A DNA stretch of 63,304 nt, the filler included. It is 12 parts of 12 records of this genome, joined end to end, with 100 filler letters (N's around TTAATTAATTAA, not from the genome) between each part and the next. Parts side by side here need not be neighbours in the genome. Positions count along the whole stretch, not along the records: positions 43,156 to 49,250 come from SRR7504441_10758; positions 49,351 to 54,251 come from SRR7504441_10762; positions 54,352 to 58,809 come from SRR7504441_10763; 9 more parts are not named here. One strand, 5' to 3'. Made by a program: the position numbers and the translations under genes. The notes beneath the pieces are model-generated. The model worked only from the letters and a program-made list of their open reading frames with translations, did not search any database and had not been told where the DNA came from. Positions 46,958 to 58,809 of the stretch are shown here, one piece after another (the stretch's first letter is position 1; each line of letters begins with the position of its first letter).

Positions 46958-48810
46958 ATGTACCACACGGGCGAGGCGGCGCAGCAGCTGGTGCGATCCC
47001 GGCACAGTAGCCTGCTCCCGCTGCTCTTTCAATGGCACCGCAACGCGTCCCACCACTGGATCCGGACGGTCCACCTCCCTCGCCCGCCGCCTCAGCTGAC
47101 CCGGCGGCCTCAGCTCAAGAGACAGCTGCTCGAGGCCCAGGCCCAGGGCAAAGCGCGCAAGACCGAGCTGGACGAGTCGAAGCGCATCGCCAAGGCCGAC
47201 CGCCGGGCTTTTCAGGTGCCTGCTGGCCCTCGGCTCATGCCAACCGGCCGGCCAGGTGGAGGTGGAGGCGCTAAAGCGGCTTCTCGCCCGCACCCTGAGC
47301 GAGACTCGACGGGCCGCAAACGAAGTCGGCACCCCGGGTGCTCTCCGTCCGCACCGGCCTGGGCCTCACCCAGCCGCAGGCTCGGTCTCGGCCCGGGCCC
47401 CGGCCAGAGACCCGAGTCCCGGGATTCGGCGCGCGCGCGGCCCGTCGAACCGAGATCCGAGCCCGGACAACCGGACCGGCCGGACACGCCGGGACAGTTC
47501 GCCTTCGAATGGGCGGCGCGACCCCTCGCCGCGACAGGTGCCGACAGCCGCGCCTGAAGAGCGAGTGCTGACGGGTTGGCAGGCGTGCAGCACCGGGCGG
47601 AGTGCTAGCCGGGACCGATCACCAGCGTACGGCAGGCGGGCGCCCTCGCGGGGCTCGTCGCCCAGCTGCCAGAGCTCAGCGACCGACCAGACCCCCCCAC
47701 AGACAAAGGCAGCCCCAGCTGCCTGGCCTGCGCTCAGCCACGGCTGCAGCCCAGACCGCGCAAGCCGCGACCTCCCAGCCGGGCCGATCTCCAGGCGGCG
47801 GGCCCGAGCCGGGTGCCTGGTTGCTCTGGCTGCCGCTCAGCCCGGGCTGCAGGCGTCTAGCAGGGAACGATCCTGCTCAGCCACACGACTCGAACACAGC
47901 AGGCCGTGGGGCGCGAACGTGCCCGGCAGACGGCTATCCAACCGACTAACGCGCGGGCAGGCCCCGACCCAACGGGCAAAGTCCCAACGGTCGCGCCAAC
48001 GGTCAGTGCCCGGGAGGAGCTCGTCGGCGCCTCGGGGCAGCCAGCAGCGGTGCGTGTGCCAGGCCCGGGCACAGCTCAGTGCGCTGCAGCGACTACTCGT
48101 GCACTCCGTCCGGATCGCTCTCGGCCAGCCCCAGCATGTCCTCGCAGACCTCGCCGCCACAGGACAAGCCTGAAACTAAGCCGCGGCCGGTATCTGAGCC
48201 GGAGGAGCCGCTGGTCGATGCAACGCTAGAGCGACTGCGCAGCCTGCTGGCCAAGGTGGCTCTTGGCTGGAGGTGGGCTGAATCCCAACCGCAGACCAAG
48301 CAGGACCGGCCCGAAGTGTCCGAGATACTCGCCCGGCCGGTGGAGCAGACAGCGCCCAGCTCGGTGGGCTTAGATTGTTTGCGCTCGGTTTTGCAATACG
48401 GTAGGCTGAGCAGCGCGGTGGCCACAGGTGAAGGAATTGTCCAATTTGGCGTCCCAGTTCTTCAACCCAGAGCCGGTGGCCAGGCTGCGCAAGGCATCGC
48501 CGGGCCTGTGGGCACAGCGGCTGAGCGGCCGGGTTAGGCCAAACAGTACGTTTCTCAAGTGGAGGCTGGCAACAACCTCAACGTTTCTATGTCCGTCCCG
48601 GCAGAAAACAAGGAGAACTCGTCCGGTCCCGGCCGGCCCCCGGGCCTGACTGACCCAGCTGCAGGGCTGGCTGCCGCTAGGCTGCTGGCTGCCCAGGCTG
48701 AGAAGATGTCTTCAGCCCTGCAAAAGCCGGCCGCTGCAGTTCCGTTGGCGGCACACACAAACCGATTCCTCAAGGAGAACGAATTTGGCGCACCGGTGCA
48801 GCTGAGATAA
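46958..48810 (+). CDS. Hypothetical protein: short coiled coil + Arg/Ser/Pro-rich region (spliced)
   Basis: LKRQLLEAQAQ...VEALKRLLARTL, RDPSP repeats, terminal exon ending FLKENEFGAPVQLR*. Confidence 0.45.
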
Positions 48811-50508
48811 TCAATATTTAGGCTGAGCGTGGTGGTACGTGCAGGGATGTTTTTCGGATTCGGCGAAACGGTTCCTGGCGGCACACCAAAAGATCAAAAG
48901 ATGAGGCCAACTGGTAGTCTACTCTAAGTTCTGAACATTATTTGGGCAGTGGTTCTGCGCAGATCTACAAGTACACGTGAGCAGCTTTAGAACTGCTTGC
49001 AGCTTCGCAATGTTAGTGGAATACCAATGGAAGTAGGGTCAGAGTTTATACACAATCATGTAATACTAGTGTAATTGTGCTCGTAATTGTGCACAAATGA
49101 GTCACAACGAAGTCAATAAATATTAAATTCAACATAAAAAATGCAACATTTGCAATCATAATTAAAATTGTAGTTTTTAAATAAACGAAATTCGTCATAT
49201 ATCAGTCATACACCCATTATACACCCATCATGGTCCACTTTAAATTCCATNNNNNNNNNNNNNNNNNNNNNNNNNNNNNNNNNNNNNNNNNNNNTTAATT
49301 AATTAANNNNNNNNNNNNNNNNNNNNNNNNNNNNNNNNNNNNNNNNNNNNGCGTTTCATTAATCATTACCGTACTCGTACGAGTATGATGAGTGTCGGCG
49401 TGTCGGGTACATATCGGGTACATGACTTGTACCAGTGCTGTACTAACAGCCCAAGATGGCGCGATGGCGTCAAGCCGTCCACCGTATCGGCCAGTCCAGA
49501 TGTGTGTTCAGAAGGTAAGAGCGTTTAGGATGGCAGACCGCAGTCCGCTGGCCGGCTGGCAGTAGGCTGGCAGTCCGCTAGCGCTGGCAAATTCGCGGCA
49601 ACCGTCCCGATTTGGATGATTCGGATCAAAGGCGATGGCTCCCCTGACGGCACGCCGGAACCCGCCCCCGGACCCGGCGGAGGGTCTGCGGGCGCGGAAG
49701 GAGCGCGAATTGGTCGAGGCCCAGCTGCCAGGAGAAATTCTGAAAAGGCCGAGATCGAGTTCGAGAAAATGTGCAGCCTAGTGGACCCAGGCGTGATGTT
49801 GGTCTGACAGGTACAGACAGCGGGAGGTGCGGCGGATAGCTCAGCACAACGAGGCTGTAGAAGGTGAAAACCAGCCGGAGTTGCAGCCCTGACCGGCTTC
49901 AGGGTCAAAGCTAAGGCGTGAACATTGGAGTAGCTGGGAAAAAGAGAAGTATGCCCGGCGGCCCCAGACCACGCCTGTCTGTATTCGGGATTCTGGCCGC
50001 TTCATCCGAGATCGCGACAGCAACCAGGTTGCTCAGGATAGCACTGTACAGCCCGCGTCCACGCACCTTGAGCCAACGAGTGGCAACATCGAAGCTCCAA
50101 CTGTCCACTCTGTTAACAACTCGCAAGCTGCACGTCCAGTAACGGTGCCCGTCAACGAGACGGCGGGACTACGAGCTCGGGAGCGAGCCTGCAACCGTGA
50201 TCACACGAAGCAGCCAGAGCTGGAGCTCGGTGCCAAGCCTTTTTATAATTTGCACGGCTACATGACTCGGATCTCAAACGAATAAAAAGATCGACCAGCT
50301 CGAGGACTGGTGGGGTCGTCATTCTTATATGATCAGTATGCGCATCCGGCACGAATAACCGCATGATCGATCGTCTGTGTTCATGATCAATTCAATTATT
50401 GATAGTATACGAGATTACGAGTACCGTACCTATGAATCGAACTCGAGAAGGAGACCACCGCTAGCGACCCGGCCCAGCTCCGCATCCTTGGTATCAAGCA
50501 GCTCCAGT

Positions 50509-51231
50509 CTATTGCTTCTCAATCCCCACCACGAACAGCACAGCGTAGTCCACTTTCGAGCAGCCGGGCACGGCCGGCATCTCCGCTCCGTGCGCCACCG
50601 GAAAATCCCGCGGGTTGGCTGCGGATGGCAGCCCGCCCGCGTAGCGGCCCGATCGACAGGGCCTGTGTGTGACGTCGTCAAGCGTCGCGCCCGCGTCGAG
50701 GCTCCAGCTGTCGCCCTCAACTGTCAGCACAGCGCTGCCGCCCTTTTGCGGGCCGTTGAGCACCGCCAGAGCGTAGCGCCCGGCCAGCACGCCCATCTGC
50801 GGCGCCTCCATGATCAGACCGTGCTCCTCGAGCCACCAGTCGTCTGGATTGAACCTCCAGCCTGCCGGGGCGGTCCCGCCGTTCTCCTCGAGCTCCGCAA
50901 ACCTTTCCAGCCGCACCCCGCGCGGGCCCGGGTCCAGCCGCCACAAGCCCCACTGCTGCGCGCCGCTTCCGCCCGTCGCCTGCGGGCTGCCCATGCCCGG
51001 GTCGGCCGCGATGAACTGGGTCTGCACGCGCTGGAACATGGCACACAGCCCGACGACCGGCCGACGACCCTTGGGAAAAGCCGTTGGAGGTCGCTAAACT
51101 GTGGAGGCGGTGTCGGCAGTGACCTGCCACGCGAAGGGCGAGTAGTAGAGGTTGGAGTCGTTGGGGGCGTAGATGGTGCACGACACCACTGCGGCCAGGC
51201 AAAAGAGCACCCCGAGACGTACCGGCAGCAT
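50509..51231 (-). CDS. Conserved-looking hypothetical protein (WGLWRLDPGPRGV / WWLEEHGLIME motifs), possibly with signal-peptide exon
   Basis: 176-aa intronless core at 50509-51039. An in-frame upstream segment (51231, MLPVRLGVLFCLAAVVSC) is separated by one TAG (51094-51096), removable by a 30-nt GT-AG intron (51094-51123). Confidence 0.6.
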
Positions 51232-51277
51232 GGCTGATTGAAGAGGTATACTTGACAGTGGTAGGTTGACTTTGTGA

Positions 51278-51450
51278 GCCGAAGCCGAAGGGGCACCAAT
51301 GGAAGGACAATCTCATGGTCTGGCTGGGCTGGCACCGGGCTGTCGGATGGTCGCGGTGGGTGGCTATGATGGCAATCATGTGCTCAATACCTCCGATGTA
51401 TTTGACGTGACCGGACACACTTGGCTTGACCCCGATGGCGAGTGGGATGC
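51278..51450 (+). pseudogene. Isolated single Kelch repeat (gene fragment)
   Basis: APMEGQSHGLAGL..MVAVGGYDGNHVLNTSDVFDVTGHTW, with an in-frame TGA just upstream (51275) and no further complete repeat. Confidence 0.5.
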
Positions 51451-51527
51451 AGTGGCTGAGAACACTCAGAGGGTTGAAAGGACTTCCGTTGGAGCGTCTA
51501 ATCCTGGGAGACTCGAGAGACGCTTGC

Positions 51528-52255
51528 ATGCCTGTGCGGCAGTCCGGCCCGGCGTGGGTTTACGACCGGGTGGAGTACCAGGACCCGCAAGCGAGCTCGC
51601 CGCTGCACCCTGGCTACCTCCGGCTCGAAGGCCCGCCGGACGGCGCCTACGAGGCCTACGAGCAGTGCATGGACGAATGGCTCGGCCCCACCAGCAAAAA
51701 GCCCCCCCAGTCTGCCCGCGCGCCGACCCCGGTCCAGCGGCCGAGCACGGCCCGGGCCCGCCGGCAGCGGTTCATGTGCGACACCACTAGCAGCGGGCTC
51801 AAGGTGACGGGCTCAGCCATCAGGTGAGCCGCCACCGCCCGCCGCCCCAGCCCGGGGGCAGCCGAGGGCTCCGGCCGACCAAACATGCGCCCAGTCCGGC
51901 CAAGCCGGTGACAACCGCGATGCGTCGGCGGCCTCAGTCGGCCCCCGCGTCCGGAAGGGAAGAGGGGGCACGCAGCAGCTACGCGCGAGTACAGCAGGCG
52001 CATCAACAGAAGCAGTGCGGGCTGTCAAAGGCAGCCACCAGGGGGGGGGAGGCTGGGGCGAGGGTCGGGCAGGGGCTGCGGCAGCTGGTGATGCGGAATG
52101 AGACTCCGCGGGGCGGACCCAGGCTGGATGCCAGGAGCAAGGAGCTGGAGCGGGCAGTCAGGCGGCCAGGGGCCCCGCTCTGGGACTTGCCCAGGGTTAG
52201 TGTGCTCAAAAAGTGCCGCTGGAAGCACGGGGTCTGGCTCGATCGAGCGGCCTAG
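51528..52255 (+). CDS. Hypothetical basic protein (one intron near 51824)
   Basis: GC-rich coding-like frames MPVRQSGPAWVYDR...FMCDTTSS and RPQSAP...WKHGVWLDRAA*. Confidence 0.4.
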
Positions 52256-52498
52256 CCGGCCCATGCGATCCCCTCATCTGTTATTAACGCAATCGGTCAC
52301 TACTCGTGTCTCGTGACATGAATTAAATACGTACCGTACGCGGTATATATATATATGCGAGTAATTCTCGAGAATGCAGTAATGAGCTTGGGTCATAAAA
52401 CCGAATCAGATTTCGGCGTGTTTCAGAGTTCTTGCCAATTGCGTTACAGCCGGCTATCAATCAGATCTTAATTGATCGGATCCATCGCCGACCTCCAA

Positions 52499-53136
52499 TT
52501 AGTTCTCCGTTCCCATAAAGTTTTGGGCGCTGATCTCGGCAGAGCTGATCGCCCCAAACTTCTCATGGCCCAGCTGCGTGGTCGCCGCGTCGCCGATCGC
52601 CTTGAGGCTCGGGACGTCCGCCCAGCGCGTGGTGACCTGCCCGCGGCTGGCCCGGCCAGACCGGCCTAGGGCGCCTTGTAGTCCAGGTGGGCTCCACAGA
52701 CCATCCGCTCCATGCTGATGTAACCGGGCTCGCTCTTGAGCAGCGGGAGGATCTCGTCGAACAGCACCTTGTCCAGCTTGCACGCCGTGTCCAGCGAGTC
52801 CAGCTGCCCGGACTCCCGGCCCCGCCCGAGCCCAGCCTGCACCTTCATCGACTCCACCCGGCAGAAGTACTTGGTCTCTGGGGCGCCGTCGGCCGCGTCA
52901 GCCACCGCATACTTGCGCTGCTTGGCCAGCATCTCGCTCTCCTTCTGCTTGAAGTACTCTTCCTCCATGTAGCTCTGCCCCCGGCTCGGCCCGAGCCCCA
53001 GGCCCCGCCACCTTGCGGTCCGACATATCCACGAACCGCCTGTCACCGATCAGCTCGCCCGGGGGGGAGGGCACCGGGCCACGGCCGGGCGCAGCAGGGT
53101 ACGCTGGCAGAGAGCACGGGTTCCAGTGGCGAGCAT
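52499..53136 (-). CDS. Mitochondrial protein: presequence + IF1 (ATPase inhibitor)-like helix + small alpha/beta domain
   Basis: Spliced: MLATGTRALCQRTLLRPAVARRF VDMSDRKSYMEEEYFKQKESEMLAKQRK...CRVESMK...PLLKSEPGYISMERMVC...QNFMGTEN*. Four short introns, one GC-AG (52637-52674). Confidence 0.6.
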
Positions 53137-53231
53137 GATGTGTGAGATGAGGCCGAGTGTCGGTTATTTCTCGAGCTGTTTGCGCGCATGGACACGCTTG
53201 AGCCAGCACGGTGCTTCACTCATCAGGGCTG

Positions 53232-54251
53232 ATGGACTCGTCGGGGCTAGACTGGGAGCAGGCGCTGCTCTTCGGGTGCTCGCGCCGCCCGGAGGCCTCG
53301 GCGCTGTTCGACCAGCTCGACACCAACGCGGACGGCGTGATTGACCGGCGCGAGTTCGTGACAGCTATGGTCCACGGCCAGCTCCGGCAGGCGGCCCGCA
53401 ACACCGCCCAGGCGCTCCAGGAGCAGCCAGCCAGCGAGCGGGCGGCAGCCGAGCGGGTGGGGGCGCGGCTGGAGGCCACAGTGAGCGAGGAGACTCGAGA
53501 GAGCATCAAGGCTGGGCTGGTGCGCACCCAGCTCGAGAGCGCAGTCAGCGAGGAGACCCGGCGGGGGCTCCGGGCCGGGCTGGAGGGCGCCCGGCAGAGC
53601 GGGGGCGAGACCGGGTCGCCGGAGCGGCTTGTGGCCAGCGGGGACTCTCTGGGTCCGGCCGAGGTGGGTCTGCTGCAGGCGGAGGCTGGGAGGCTCCGGG
53701 AGGAGCTGGGCGAGTTCATCCAGAGCGCCTCGGAGGAGCAGGCCCGGGCCGAGCAGGAGCGACGGGCGCTGGAGGCCGAGCTGGCGAGCAGCCGGTCCGC
53801 GGCGCTCGAGGCCGAGCGGGCGCTCGAGATGGTGCAAGGCAGCCCTCGGACTACTGCGCGCAGGAAGGCGCGCGGCGAGGCGGAGGCCGCGCGGCTGATG
53901 CGCGAGCGAGCGGAGATCGAGCTGAAGGCCGCCGAGCTGCTCAACCAGAGGGAGCGGCAGGCGGCCGAGCGCGAGCAGCGGCTGGAAGACGAGCGCGAGC
54001 GTGCCGAGGCCGAACGGGCAATGGCGACCGAGGAGGAGCGGCACAGGGAGAGGCAGAGTGAGATCGAGCGGAAGCAGCGCGAGCTGCGGAGCGGGCGGGT
54101 GCGGCTGAGTCCGCCGCGCGAGCAGGAGACGGCCGAGCAGTGCGCGGAGTTTGAGAAGCAGTGTGCGATCAGGGCGAGGAGAGCTGCGGCCGAGCTGGCA
54201 GCCATTCCGGACCGAACGCATAGCAGCCCGGGACGAGCGCACAGCAGCCCG
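53232..54251 (+). CDS. EF-hand + coiled-coil protein (3' end cut)
   Basis: LFDQLDTNADGVIDRREF followed by an E/R/A-rich coiled coil. Confidence 0.65.
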
Positions 54252-55001
54252 NNNNNNNNNNNNNNNNNNNNNNNNNNNNNNNNNNNNNNNNNNNNTTAAT
54301 TAATTAANNNNNNNNNNNNNNNNNNNNNNNNNNNNNNNNNNNNNNNNNNNNATTTCAAATTGTGTTTGTCACTTTTGAATTCAATTTAATTCAAATTTTT
54401 ACACGTGTTTTTACAGAGTTGTACATGTAAATCGTTTTCATGATTAATTACTCGCTTCGGATCAGCCACCGCGGCTTGCACGTCAGCAGTGAAGCTGCCC
54501 AAGGCTGACCTTGCCTAGGCCTTTTGGCCTGGCTCCTTGATGTTCTCCAGGTCGTCACAGCTTTGGTCCTTAATTTTTTCAGTTTTGCATACGCGTCGGA
54601 TGGCTGACACTGTATAATTTAATAATAATTTAATCAGTCACGGTAATTAATTTTAGGAGCCCTGCAAACTTTTATCTAAACGTTAGTACCACTATCGTAA
54701 TAGTTTCATCATCATATTGTCGCCCCCTCTATTCGTTGGCTCGAGCAGTGGCAATTGATGAGTGAATCTAGTTGCCCCGAAGTGTTCTGGCTCGAGCGGC
54801 TAGGAGTGGCTCGTAGTAATCCTCACTTGACCGATAGAGTCAAGAAAGAAGATTTCTGGACAAAGCATGAGAGGGGGAATATAGAAGCCGATCGGGTCTG
54901 CAACAAAATCAAGGCGAGGTACTGCAAGAATCCGAACAGAGGCGAGGAGACCAGAAGATTGGCACGAGTGCAGTGTTAGATCTGGACCCGTCAAACGGAA
55001 A

Positions 55002-56369
55002 ATGGCCACAGTACAGGCTGTAGGCCGGCGGCTGGCGGGCAAGCGCGCGCTGGTGGCCGGGCTAGCGGACGACAAGGTGGGCAGGACCGGCGCTGGGGAT
55101 GATCTGGTGGGCAGGGCTACGGCTGGGCCATAGCCAAGCGGCTGGCCGCGGAAGGGGTCTCCGATCTGACGCTGGCCAGGTGCCGCCGTCGGCCGGGCTG
55201 TTGGCCGAGGTGTGGCAGCTGGGTGCCGGCCTACCGGGTGATGTGCAAGCTCCAACAGCGCGGCAGACTCGACCCTGAAGCCCCCGGTGCGACCGGCCGA
55301 TTCCGGGCCGAGTGCTGGCAGGCTGCTCGGTGTCTGTTGTCCCGCTGGACGCCAGGTCGAGTGCAGGCCAGCAGGGGCTCAGCCGTGGGGCAGGTACGAG
55401 TATCCGTCAGAGGTGCCGGCGGAGCTGATGTCTGACCCTAAGTATGCCCAGACCAAGGCAGCCACCGGGCCTGCCGCGGGTGACTGAGCCTCGGCAGCGG
55501 TGGACCATTGCTGAGATGGCCTCGGAGATCAAGCAACGGACAGGCGGGCTGGACCTGCTCGTCCACTGTGTGGCATCAGCACCGGAGGGTTGGCCTGTCT
55601 ATCTGGCCCGGCTCAGAGCTCTGGCAGTGCAGAAGCCGTTGCTCGAGACCTCAAAGGAAGGATACCTCTCTGCTGTATCGAGCTCTGCGTTCTCGATGGT
55701 CATCACCCCGGGGCCTCTGCCAACCGGGGCAGGTGGCCATGATGCGGCAGTTCGGGCCAATCATGCCGCCGGGCGCGGCTGCAGTCAGCCTCTCGTACGC
55801 TGCGGCCGACAGGCCTCGTGCTCGATCTGATCAGAGCTGAGCTGTGGGTAGGGCAGTGCCTGGATACGGCGGTGGGATGAGTTCTGCCAAGGCGGCGCTT
55901 CAGAGCGACACGCGGCTGCTCGCATGGGAAGCGGCGCGTCTGTTTGGCTCGCCCGGGGTGCGAGTTGGTGCAGGGCCGGTTATGGGGCACCCGGGTGAAT
56001 TGCATCTCTGCGGGACCTTTGGCCACCCGGGCGGCGCGTGCTCTAGGCCAAAGGGACGATAAAGGTGCGCGCAGAGCGGCTCCAACGGACTGAGCCCGGC
56101 GGCAGATGTGATTGACAGTATGATAGAGGAGGCGGCGGTTCGTGTGCCGTTGCAGAGGGAAATGACTCGAGACGATGTCGCGGCCGCCGCGGGTGAGCCA
56201 GCTGTGTGGGGGGGCGGCTGAAAGGAGGGCAGCGTGGTTGTTGTCAGAGGAGGCGGTAGCGGTCGGTCCGTTTGCGGGCGCGAGCTGATGTAGGCCGCAG
56301 GTGACCGGCACTGTAATGTATGTGGACAATGGGTTACACGCAATGGCACCAGGAGCAAACAACTTATAG
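55002..56369 (+). CDS. fabI: Enoyl-ACP reductase, plant/apicomplexan/chlamydial FabI type, 12 short introns
   Basis: [111 protein letters not shown]. Confidence 0.92.
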
Positions 56370-56461
56370 TCGATGTATTTTCAAGCTTAACAAGCTTAGT
56401 GCGCGTGCTTTCTACATGCTTTCGGCTGAATACGCGGATAAAATAAGAACGTACTCGTAGC

Positions 56462-58809
56462 TCACATGATGCGGCAGCGGCAACCGTCTTTATCCACATC
56501 CCTCGAAAAGCTGGCCTTGCCTTCGATAGGCCAGTGCATCTGAATGGTCCCTTCGATTGTGCCGTATCGCTCCCCCAAGGACGTAACCTGCCCCAGAGTC
56601 ACCCAAGCATCTCAAGCCAGTTTACCTCCTCCTTGAACTTGCAAGGCTCACCGTCAACAACGTCAGCCAACGAGATGGCAGCAAACCCCATGTTATCGTT
56701 TGCATTGGTAATATCATGATCGAAAATGACAAGCTTCAAGCTTCTCTTGCTCAGCGCTGCCTTGTCGTTGATCATGCATTGAAGCAAAGGCACCTGATCG
56801 CCAGTCAGATCGGCACCTAGGCAGCAGGCAGATGAGCCACCTCTTGGTCTTTCCACTCGGGATCTAAAGTCGAGAGAACTTTGGTGGTTTGGGGCGGCGT
56901 GCCGTCTTGTACTGCAATCACTCCGCTGTCCACAAATACAACGAAAGGGTCGGACGACCCGTCAACGTCCTGTGGATGCAAGCCCTTGGCTGACCACCTT
57001 TATCACCAGTCAGACTCAGACCCGTCAGACCTTTGAGCTCGCTGATAGCAATCCGCGGGCAGACCGATGCTTGCTTGCTCGGCTCTGTCGCTGCAGGCAG
57101 AGCTTGTTCGGTTGTGATCAGCAGTGTGGACCGGACTGGTTTGTGGTCGCTTGTGAGGACATCCACACACCGCTCCAGCGAGGCCTGCCCCTGGCTCAGC
57201 CGTGCACCCGCCCGTCAGCTACCTGCGTGACGCTCTGTCGGACGGCTGGCATGCTCCGCCAGAGCACTCGGTCGCACCAGGACGGAGTCCTCTCTGGATT
57301 GTACGTGCCAAAGAACGGTTCGACCTTGAAAGTCGGGTTGAAGTTGTACTCGCCCTCCCGGAACCCATTCAGTGTCTCGCCGGCCGCAATTGCGTGGCTC
57401 AGCTCGTCCGACTTCCACAGCTCGGGCCTGCCGTCGGGCTGGCGCGGCGCGGGGGGTGGGCGGAGACCAATTGGCTTGGTCGATCAGAGGCAGAACGGTA
57501 GACTTTTGGAACTCTGAGAGCTCTTCCTTGGACATTTTATCGAGCTTGGCCTTGGTCTCCGGGCTGGACAGCCCCAGATTGAGCCGGTAGTTCAAGTCAC
57601 CCAGCCAGATTACGTGGTCGGTCTGAGTGAGCACCTGTGCACAGTTGGTGAGTTCGCCAGCAGCCAGCAGGCTCCTCACGTCGGCCTTGGTCCAGCCGAC
57701 CCTTGCCTCGTCCAGCACCTCCTTGCAGTCTTCACACCGGCGCTCGCAGTGCGACTTGCCCTCGTGAGCCGCCAGGTGGCAACTCACGAAAGCCATCGAC
57801 GTGCCGCGATACATGAACCGGATGCAAATCCCACCCTTGTTGCCGACCACGTGAGCAAGCCCGGTCCGCGAGGTGGCGTTCTCGATGTTGGTGATGGCGC
57901 CGTGCAGCGACTTCCTCGCAAACACTATCAGCCTCATCTCCCACACTTCGGCCGAGTCGAGCGGGGCCCAGTCGTCCCCGAGCGCCGCCTGGATGTTCCC
58001 AAACGCGTCGTGCAGCGAGGTTTCTCCGGACTTGTTGGACTGAGCGTGGTACTGGGCGGACCCGGCTGCAGTCGAGTCCTTCTTGGCCGTGTACGAGCAC
58101 TCCTGCATCCCAACAGCTACAATGTGTGCGCTCCCGCCGTTGGCAGGGATGAACTGGGCCATGTTCTGCTCCCCACAGTTAGCCCCGGCCAGCCCGCCGG
58201 ACGCACGTCAGGCGGCGGGGCGTTGCCCACGTTCCAGGTCCCCACCAGCACCTCCAGCGTGGCCGGGGGCTCGCCCTCGGCCGGCGGGGCCGCGGTGGGC
58301 TGGCTCTCGCCGTCGACGGCGGGCGGTCGGCCGGTGTTGGCGTGCAGCTGGTCGATGATGGCGGCCCAGCGGTGCTTCTTGGCCTTGATTGCCTTGGCCT
58401 GCTTCAGCATCACTTCCCGCCTGCCCCGCCCGCTCCGCCCCGCCTGCCCCGCCCCCGCACCACTGGTCCTGCGACAGCCCGTCGCTCTCGCCGGCCGCCG
58501 CCAGCAGGGCGTCAACCTGGATGGGGCGGAAGGCCTGGAGCAGCTCCTGGCGGGAGAGCTTTCCGTCGCCGTCCTGGTCCAGTTTATCGAACAGCCCCGA
58601 CTTCTCCAGCTGCTCGGCCTCAGCCATATCGTTTATTTGGCGGTGGGGCGGGGCGATCTCCGCCACTGGCAACTGCAATAGACCGTTGTCCACGCAAGGC
58701 TCGAGCTCCAAGGCTTTTGTCATTGGATGCAGGGCAGAGGCTACAGGTCCTGGCGTAGAATTCGTAGGTGAGGGCAGTTCGCTTTGAATGGCACCCTGCG
58801 CTGGCTTCA
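56462..58809 (-). CDS. Inositol polyphosphate 5-phosphatase with EF-hand, C2 domain and CaaX (5' end probably cut)
   Basis: DQDGDGKLSRQE; GTWNVGN, VGMQE, VGNKGG, FVSCHLAAH, WLGDLNYR, PSWCDRVL, TSDHKPV; C2-like IFDHD..ND.MG; ends GCRCRIM*. Confidence 0.9.

Noticed and set aside
49351-50430. Short GC-rich ORFs with scattered stops
   Set aside because: No recognisable motifs or consistent splice model; may be decayed coding or TE sequence but cannot be supported.
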